A stretch of DNA of 20,000 nt. It comes from Patellaria atrata CBS 101060. Taxonomy: Eukaryota. Shown piece after piece: positions 12,272 to 20,000 of the stretch (positions are counted from its first letter, which is position 1; every line of letters begins with the position of its first letter). The notes under the pieces are model-generated. The model was not told the origin of the DNA. It searched no databases and saw only the letters and a list, made by a program, of their open reading frames with translations. The stretch spans positions 1,493,341 through 1,513,340 of the forward strand of contig MU006092.1 of the NCBI GenBank assembly GCA_010093705.1. The letters are read 5' to 3'. A program made the position numbers and the translations under genes.

Positions 12272-13633
12272 TGAGGAGGCAGGTTTATATAGACCTCTCG
12301 GAGCGGACTTCATACTCAATAGGTCACGCATTTTGTACAGATGACTGCCCTAGTGTTTGACTCATGACGAGTGTTCTCGCCTTTTTGTGTCATGTTCCTT
12401 TGTCCAACTGACAGTTGGTATGTTGACGTACCCCTGAACAGGTCATGCAGCAACAAACACGTTCCAGGGGCACTGTTTCTACTATATAAGACTATCTCTT
12501 GCCATTTTCTCCACTCTTCATTTAATTATGAGCAGTCTTTGATCATTTGCTGACGTGAAGCAAATAATCAATTTGTGGAAATAGCAAGCTATGGCAAGTT
12601 CGTTCTTCCTTGGAGGAATCATTCAAACGAGTGACGTATTAGTAGAGCCTTGAAGTACCTACAAATACTACTGCTGTAGCCGCCACCGGCAATATGGTAT
12701 TAACAAAGACGTTCCCCAAACAAAGAAGGGAGAGGAACTGAAGGAATGATGGTGACGATGTACAGCATCATCACACCTCTTCTATGGAACGAATATACGC
12801 GACATGATAATTCTCTCCCTCATTGTTCTGGAGGTAGTCGGTTGCTACAACCCCGAGTTCTTTAGTCCTCCCGTCGCCCGTCGCCACGAAGGCGAATATC
12901 CTGAAAGTAGGCAACGCCAATCATGTTGTTGCGGACGAACCACACAGGCAATTCAACACGCGTAAATATTTTTACTTGAAGTCAGGCAAGCAATTTCCTA
13001 CACTGATATTTCGATGTTGAAGTCTCCAATTCAGACCTTCTCTGCTGGAGGGCAATTTTGGTCAAGGAAGTGGGTTTCTATAGAAGTTATAGGGCGGGCT
13101 TTATGCAGACTGGATCATGCTTCTTGCACATATGACTTGTTTATATCTTATCCGGTGATGGTATTCTTGGATTAATCCGTTCCGTTCAGCTGATACGTTT
13201 AACGGGTTTACGCATACTCAGATAGGGAGCGTATAGGGACCAATAGGTGTTCACCAACAGATGATATGTATATCAGATCAACGTACATTGGTTGAAATTC
13301 TAGAGAAACAATGGACAGGACTGCGCTGTAATACAGTCGAAGAATGGTATGGGGTGGACATGGAGTTATAATACAACACCTGAAAAGAGATAAACTCATG
13401 TGAACTGTTAGAAATTCTCTCCGGCATCCCGTACAGTACACTGTAACGTTCAGCTATCGTACAGAGTCTAGAGAAAGCAGAAGTTCGGAGTTCAGCAAAA
13501 GTACGTATAATCTTACAGTCCTTAATTCAAATAAAGAGTGAACGAGGGGATCCACAGTCGCGTGCCATTGTACTCCTATACAACATATGGGAAGACGAAA
13601 CCTTCCCTCCCATCAAATCAGGCATGAACAACC

Positions 13634-14215
13634 TCAAAAGCCCCCAATCTGGCGCCGTAGACGCGCATTTCTGCGGCGCAGCCACTGGACCTCACACTGC
13701 AGACCTCGGTTGTCGTTCTGCAGCAACGCCATTGCCCTGCTGGTATGTTAGAGTCTCCACTCAAGACTTGAGCAGTACTAGTTCGCGTGAACCAACTTGC
13801 CGCGCGTTTGCTTGTACAGTATTTTGCAATGCTATAGAACTGAATCATGAGCCGGCGGGAAAAGATGAGCTGGCACAAGACCGGAGCGTACGGAGTGCGG
13901 CGTTGTAGGGCGGGTACTGGGTATATGGCGCTGGTTGGTGCGGAGCCAGTTGCGGGTACAGAGACGGGCCCACAGTACTGAGTGGTCCAACTGTACCAGG
14001 CTCGTTGGGCGTACTGAGACTGTTGGTACGGGGTCTACCGGTTGTACTGGGCCCGCTGATTGTACGGCACGTGCTGGATGTACGCTGCTTGCTGGTATGG
14101 AATTAGCTTATTGTACCGCGCTTGCCGGATGCACGAGAGCGGATTGTGCTGTGTTCTGTACCAACCTTGCTAGAATAAGAACATCGAGGGCTAGTTGGCG
14201 GCTGGCGCTTAGGTA
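13634..14215 (-). pseudogene. Decayed gene: low-complexity repeat domain followed by coiled coil / leucine zipper
   Basis: The minus frame ending at TGA 13636-13634 reads SVL*HCKILYKQTRGKLVHAN*YCSSLEWRL*HTSRAMALLQNDNRGLQCEVQWLRRRNARLRRQIGGF, with L-x6-L-x6-L-x6-L. Internal stops (13832, 13778, 13748) are all TAG/TAA, one C->T change from Gln. A codon-phased repeat lies upstream. Confidence 0.55.
13888..14161. repeat. Degenerate 15/18-bp tandem repeat with GTAC core
   Basis: GTAC or 1-mismatch cores at 13888, 13905, 13914, 13938, 13956, 13975, 13993, 14011, 14026, 14044, 14062, 14080, 14095, 14113, 14131, 14146, 14158. Spacings are multiples of 3 (mostly 18 or 15) except one of 19 and one of 17. 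Confidence 0.8.
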
Positions 14216-15385
14216 CGAGGCACGAAGGAGGGAGAAAGTTGTGTGTGTATACTCTTAGGACTTGTAGCATAGAAGAGGTACGTAGCTGCGACAAGAGCTT
14301 TTAAGGAATGGGATAGGCTATCTCACGCATGTACCAGATTCTAACAGTATAGATTAGTATCAGGATAAAAAATTACAGAAGAAAACCACATTGTGTCTGA
14401 CATGTCGGACCCGGGAGGCAAAAGGTTGTGGGCTTAGCTGAATGAGTAAACAAAGGCTCGGTGGTCAAGTGGAAGGGTATATGGTAGTGGCCTGGAAAAT
14501 CTGCTGGTGAAGTAGAACTAGTGAAGGAAGGTCTAATGTGAGGTAATCAACCCTATTGAGATCTAATATCGTGACGTATCCTATCGGTATCGCAATAAAT
14601 GGAGCTTGATACGGCTCGATACCATTTGATATGCTTTCGCATTACAACCTCCGTATGCTGTAGAGCGGGCGCAGTATTTTCCGCTGTACCGTATGATACA
14701 ACATACGATAATTAACTGCGCGTCAGAAGTGGACGGGTTCTCGAGCTTTCTCTTGAACAAACACGGGTCCAACCTCATCCTGGAAAGCCTATGAATGGGT
14801 TGAAAATTTCATGGAAGCCAACATCTTCAGACCAGGCGAGCGAAGAGTGAACGGAGAGTGATTCAAGTACTGCTTCGACAGAAGAGCTTGAAAAACTGGT
14901 GAGAAAAGAATGTTCTTCCTGATGCTCTTTACCCTTATTTTATCTCGCTGTATGAAAACAAGACTGGTGTAGGAATCGGGAATGAAAATAACCGCCCTTA
15001 GACGGTCGTCATATCTGGAGGTAGAGCCTCTGAATGAAAAGATCATGGACTGGAGTTTGTTGATAACAGAACCGTAGGAAGAGAGAAGGAAATATCGAGA
15101 AAGGTACGAAGAGAACATCCGAAGTGAATACTTCAGAAGCTATTACTTGAAAGGAGAGTTTACCATGTCGTGGAGTCTAAGATAAATGATACTAAGGACG
15201 CAGGATGGCCTTATTCGCCCTTGAGGGCACACTCGGCGGCGGGAGTAGGAGTAGGTTAGAACAATTATCGAGTTTTACTAGTATTCCGCTGTCCTTCGAA
15301 TGCTCAAAGGGCCCTATTCTCCGTCAGGAAGTGAGCTTAACTAGGCCAATGATGCTCAGCAGTGGCAATAGGGTTAAATTGCTGA

Positions 15386-15829
15386 ATGGACAATCTCTTG
15401 AAACGTACATTTGCATATGCAGAAGAGGTTACGCAGACGCAGAATCCTCATCAGATCATATGGAAAGAAATAACAGGGTTTGTACTGTATAACTTGAACT
15501 TTGAGACATCTTCACCAATTAGGAGACAGGACTTGAGCCGTGAGCCGTCAGTCCAGGGAGCCCAATATGTCGACGTTCGAGGCCATATCTATTTTGCTGG
15601 TATTACGCCAGACCATGGCATCGGTCGCAAGTCGTTCAAAAGAGAAAAGATAAGAAAGAAGAAGAGACTAAATGGTGTACTTGGTCGCGAGGTAATGAAA
15701 GAGCTAGGAGTAACGGCGAAATCGCTCCGCTCAAGAGAACCGGATATGCCACTATCACGAGAGAATGCATTGGTGCTGCACCGTGCTGAAGCGGCACTTC
15801 TCAACGAGGTGAAAAATTGCAATGAGTGA
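15386..15829 (+). CDS. Orphan 147-aa ORF with basic NLS-like segment (hypothetical protein or gene remnant)
   Basis: Longest ATG-initiated ORF in the gene-poor region, protein-like composition, KREKIRKKKR. No family recognised; the upstream purine-rich sequence in the same frame is interrupted by many stops. Confidence 0.3.
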   Translation: MDNLLKRTFAYAEEVTQTQNPHQIIWKEITGFVLYNLNFETSSPIRRQDLSREPSVQGAQYVDVRGHIYFAGITPDHGIGRKSFKREKIRKKKRLNGVLGREVMKELGVTAKSLRSREPDMPLSRENALVLHRAEAALLNEVKNCNE

Positions 15830-16154
15830 GACAACTATTGTGGTTGAACACCACTAGCGAGGAGAAAATATCCCTTGGACGATATTTGAAGTTTCTCCCA
15901 TCATGATGTCCACCACAGCGATGATGTTTTCATAGAATCTGACATCGAGGCGCGGAAAGCGACGAATCTTTTGCCCCAATTCTGATGGGGCCAGTTTCAT
16001 CGAGTAACCAGAACACAGCACTGCTGCTCTCCTTCTGGATTCTTTTCTTAGCAGTAATGTTTTTTGTCATGAGACTCCCCTCTAACTGCACGATGCTGAT
16101 TTGGAATGTTTCTTGGTCGATCTGCAGTACAATTTTTGCGCTGTTGAGTTCGCC

Positions 16155-16186
16155 AAAAAAAAAAATAAAAAAATAAAAATAAAAAT
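16155..16186 (+). repeat. Poly(A)-rich tract, A11 followed by (TA5-7)n
   Basis: aaaaaaaaaaataaaaaaataaaaataaaaat. Confidence 0.9.
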
Positions 16187-16550
16187 CAACGGCTTGGTAT
16201 TTTGTGCGATATCTTCCATTAGCGCGGAGTGAAGTCGAAGACAGAGACGGCAGAATCCGTGAAATCCTTCCATGGATGGGTTCATGGATGTAAGCTGGAT
16301 AAAGTGATTCTTAGCGTAACTTTCTCCATGAAGCAAAGGTCGTGGCTAGCTGATAGCTGGTTGGACTAATTGCGTTAATCGGTTTGACTCTAGGATCCAG
16401 TACATTCATGTTCGAAACACCCTAGACACTGCCCGTAATAATAATAAAAAGACTATTTATCTATAGGAGTCTACAGAGCCTCTTCGAAAATAGTCTCCCC
16501 CGTGTGAGGCTATGCGGCTCTGTAAGGCAGATTTCACAAACCTATCAGCA

Positions 16551-16987
16551 TTAATCAGAGCTGCACCAGCCACGCTCATATTCTGGTAATAAACATGAAA
16601 CAAGAGCAAGGAAAACTACGCGGAATGGAAGAAGGTCGCAATAATAATGCAAAGTCATGGAGAAATGTGAAGAAGTCGGACCGTCAAGGATTGGAAGCGG
16701 CCTGGCAAAAACGTCCGACAAACTTTTTAGGATGTTGAGATGCATCGTATACGTGTCGTGCACTTCAGAAGCGGGTGGCAGCGGGCCGAAGGGACAACCC
16801 GTCAGGGCAGATAAAGCCCATCTTAAGATCACTTCCTACCTGGAAGCTTGCGAGTTTCAAGTCGTCATGCTGTTGTTTTGTGGGGTAAGCCTTTATGTCC
16901 GTAAGGAACACTTGAGTTGACAGACGCCACCGGAGAAGGAGTTGCACAAGGTCGTGGCTGGAGAGCAAGTTTCTTCTTTTTCTTCTT

Positions 16988-17018
<31 letters not shown>

Positions 17019-17175
17019 CCACTTTACTGTTGCGACCCTGTGAGACAGCAGTAGTAGTGAGATCATCACCACTTGCGAATGGCTTACCAGAGTACGGACA
17101 CCTCCCGTTACGCTGGGCAAAGACGCTCTCACGCTCATCACTCTCACCAGGATAAGAATCCTTCGCACAGCTCCG
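16551..17175 (-). pseudogene. Possible decayed gene with degenerate C2H2-like finger, Asp10-Lys6 tract and further fragments
   Basis: Minus strand reads ...RNGRCPYSGKPFASGDDLTTTAVSQGRNS, then after a 1-nt shift in an A-run SGDDDDDDDDDDKKKKKKLALQPRPCATPSP..., followed by stops and frame changes. Confidence 0.4.
16988..17017. repeat. (ATC)10 microsatellite, (GAT)10 on the minus strand
   Basis: Ten perfect ATC units, adjoining a (CTT/TTT)6 run at 16970-16987. Confidence 0.95.
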
Positions 17176-20000
17176 CTGGAAAGGTACGAAAAACTAGTCG
17201 ACGCATAGTTCCAAAAGATTGTTAATTAATCCAGCTCTCGATATCGCACGCTCTACTAGATGTCGAGCGACAGCTGGCCGCTGTCGTAGCCCGTTGATCT
17301 TTATTAGGCCTTCCTAACAGACGACTAGATCTGCGATGCAACGTCAAAGGAGACTTTAATGTGTCCCTGTGCTCAAACTAGTTTGCTCTTCTCTTGGACC
17401 TGAAGAAACCCATGGGAATGGCCAACGGTTTTTCCATGTGCTTTTCATATCCAATTAATATATCTCCCTTGTAGGCTACATCATCCTTGAGCTCTCGCCT
17501 TGAAGTACGTTCTCGTGGGACCTTTTAAAACCAATAGACTGGCTCGGGGAAGTCTGGAAGTTCCGGATACAACAAGGGATGTACTTCTCGTACGTCCGAC
17601 TTCGTCTGTCGACTATATCATCGCTGTATTAGACGCGCAGCACTCTATGTCACGAGCTACAGCGTTGCCAAACATCCATGACAGACGCCAATTCAGAGAA
17701 TCTGTGCAATGAGGGTGCAGATTCTGCGCGATAGCGTCTTTTAATCGACACGCATATATTCACTGCAAACACTTTGGAGACACCCTGCTGTCGCGAGTAT
17801 CCGACAAGAGGGAGCTTTTTATCCATTGTACAAGCCCTAGGTAATTATCTGTATAGCAATTTCCTAGGTTTTACAGTTGACCCATACTCCTGGGCAGTGG
17901 GCACAGGTTCTGCAGAGTACTACTGCGAGACCAATTTTCATGGTCAGGGATGAGTACAGAAGTATTGTTGATCCATACTTGTAAAGGACCATGACGGCAA
18001 ACCCCATTGAGATTTCGTTATCCTAAGCCGAGCCATTCAAGGAAGAAGGAGACCCCGATAATTGATTAGCCTTGTCCCACTGATAGTCACTGCTGCAGTG
18101 CTGAAATGAGAGGTCCCATCTACTTGGAAATATATAATTCAACTTCTGCTTACGGACGTACTAGCATTGTGCAACCGTAGTACAACCTAGATCAACAGGA
18201 TCGAAAGAGCATTTTCTTCAGCATTTAGTGGTTATCGTTGAAAGTCATCAAGCGAGACAAGCGACAAAGCCGAACGTTTGTCGGTGATAAGGGAGGATCT
18301 CCCTACGTTCAGCTGGTTAACAAGTGTCAGTTCCCATGCAGATTCCGTGCATGATGCGGGGGCGGAATAAGACCGGCCATACTTGACGAACAGGTTACTG
18401 AAATCGCGCTGGAAGATGCTGATCATATGACAGTATCTGAATGTACCATCTCGATATCAAGAACCGGTCTCGGACACAGATTGACGGCCGAATGATCGCA
18501 GACCCTAAAGGCATCGTAAGTGACGAGTATGACGTCGATCACTAGAAATCGTCGCCAAAGTCCATCTCGGTTCGCGGGCATCACCTAGTCAACGTATGGA
18601 AGGATGTCTCTGGTTTCAAATTGACGGAGGCACTGGTTGAATAGAAGGGATATGATAGACTGATTTCAACGCAGATATGTCCGAGGCCGCGAACATTCTA
18701 CGTTAGGATACGGATACTTCCAAGGTACAGAACATCCCTTTAGCACAAGGGTTCCAGTGCTAGGGAACGAGCCTCCAATGCTGGTAGGCCTATCCCGTAT
18801 GATGGGTATGTATCATAAAGATGATCGCCGGCTTCAAAAAGTTCCGATTATGGGCAAAATTGCAACTTGAAGCTGCTTCGAACTGCTCTCGCCGGGCCTG
18901 GGTTCTTTTGAAAGTCCCCAGAACTGCATATCTGTGGCGACTGAGACATTTGTGGAGTTTGAGAAAGGGTCAGACAAGCTGACTTGGGCCGCGCACTGAG
19001 AAGGGCCGACCTTACATCTGAAGGCATTGATTGGTACATTCGGATATTGTTTGGAATATGCCATATTCCGAAATTTCTGAGTGGTCACTGCTCACTCGGA
19101 TAGCTTGCTTGGATGTGAGGTACAGACATGCAAAGTCATATCTGGACGCACACCATCAAAAGGTCCGCCAGCCCTGTGATCGTGGGAAACTGGGAAGGAC
19201 GCTCCTCGCGAGCGGAAGGATCATGATGCTAGACGTTAGAGAATAGAGCTACTGAGCTAGTTTCCCTAACGCTTATCCTCTCGATCTGGGCTTGAGAGAC
19301 GTTCGGTGATGAACTGACGTTCGTTTCGTTCCGTTTCGAATCGGCTCGTCGTAAACTTGCCGCAATATAGAAAAAGATCAGGAGCAGTGAGAGAAAAGGG
19401 AAAGGACTGGAGTTGAAAAGTAAGGTTTGAGACAAAATTGGAGTCAAGTGCTGCTTCCGAGGAATATCTTTAGCAACAATTGCAGCCGAAAATGGAAAAT
19501 TAGCTCACAATAAGTCTAGGAAGTTGCCAGCCAAAGACCTTTTAGCTGTAACCGCTGAGGATGATTTGGGGTATATTTGGGATAAATATGGACGAAGACG
19601 TGTGATAGATCTACTTCTGGGATCAATTGCTGTTAATAGAACCTATCTCGATCATCGGCATGGGCGCTTGAAGCAATTTAACGGGGGAATGACTTGATCC
19701 GTAACAGGCGCTATTAAGTCTCAGCAAGCGATGAAACGACGCAGGAGTCTGCAAGAACCGCTGCAGGTCTGTCACCAAATGGGCTGAAACAGGAGTTAAT
19801 TAACCCTAATTTTCAGAGATTACATGGATGAGATGGTTAGAAAGATGAGAATGGGGGCGGGGATGGGCTCGTGGGGAGTCGGCGTGGGACATGGGGGTGG
19901 ATAATTGGGGGGATGTGAGGGAGAGAAAGGAAATTTGGGCGAGCACGACCGAACACCGACCACCAGCCAGAGCCACGATCAGCAACAAGTTCCTACCACC

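Noticed and set aside
12770..12910. Minus-strand IFAFVATGDGRT resembling a helicase Walker A
   Set aside because: Lacks the GK(S/T) lysine and no other helicase motifs follow.
9992..14161. CRISPR-like interpretation of the tandem repeats
   Set aside because: Eukaryotic context, no unique spacers between identical repeats and no cas genes.
13634..14215. Alternative genetic code (TAA/TAG = Gln) as an explanation of the stops
   Set aside because: KAP120 and PEX2 end in TAA and TAG, so the standard code applies; C->T mutation is the simpler explanation.
16340..16450. tRNA/SINE-like A box (TAGCTGGTTGG), B box (GTTCGAAAC) and (TAA)n tail
   Set aside because: Both boxes deviate from consensus and no cloverleaf can be built; tRNAscan-SE or multi-copy evidence would be needed.
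16765..17022. Poly-Met ORF
   Set aside because: Artefact of reading the (GAT)10 microsatellite in the ATG frame.

Overview
Eukaryotic genomic DNA from a filamentous ascomycete (short GT-AG introns with CTRAY branch points; Pezizomycotina-style proteins). The first 6.1 kb holds two intact housekeeping genes in head-to-head arrangement: a 7-exon importin-11/Kap120 gene on the minus strand (3907->269, 1057 aa after manual splicing) and a 2-exon PEX2 RING peroxin gene on the plus strand (4503-6085, 506 aa). A CCTCGG (FarA/FarB-type) motif lies just upstream of PEX2. The remaining ~14 kb contains no gene I can identify. It does hold what appear to be decayed coding relics: a Q/Y/P-rich tandem repeat followed by a leucine zipper whose stops are all TAA/TAG (RIP-like), a degenerate C2H2 finger plus D10K6 tract, a CxxC..H fragment and a 147-aa orphan ORF. 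It also contains micro- and minisatellites, clusters of inverted repeats and a candidate Helitron 3' end. No tRNA, rRNA, CRISPR array or intact transposase was recognised, and no novel functional system can be firmly supported.
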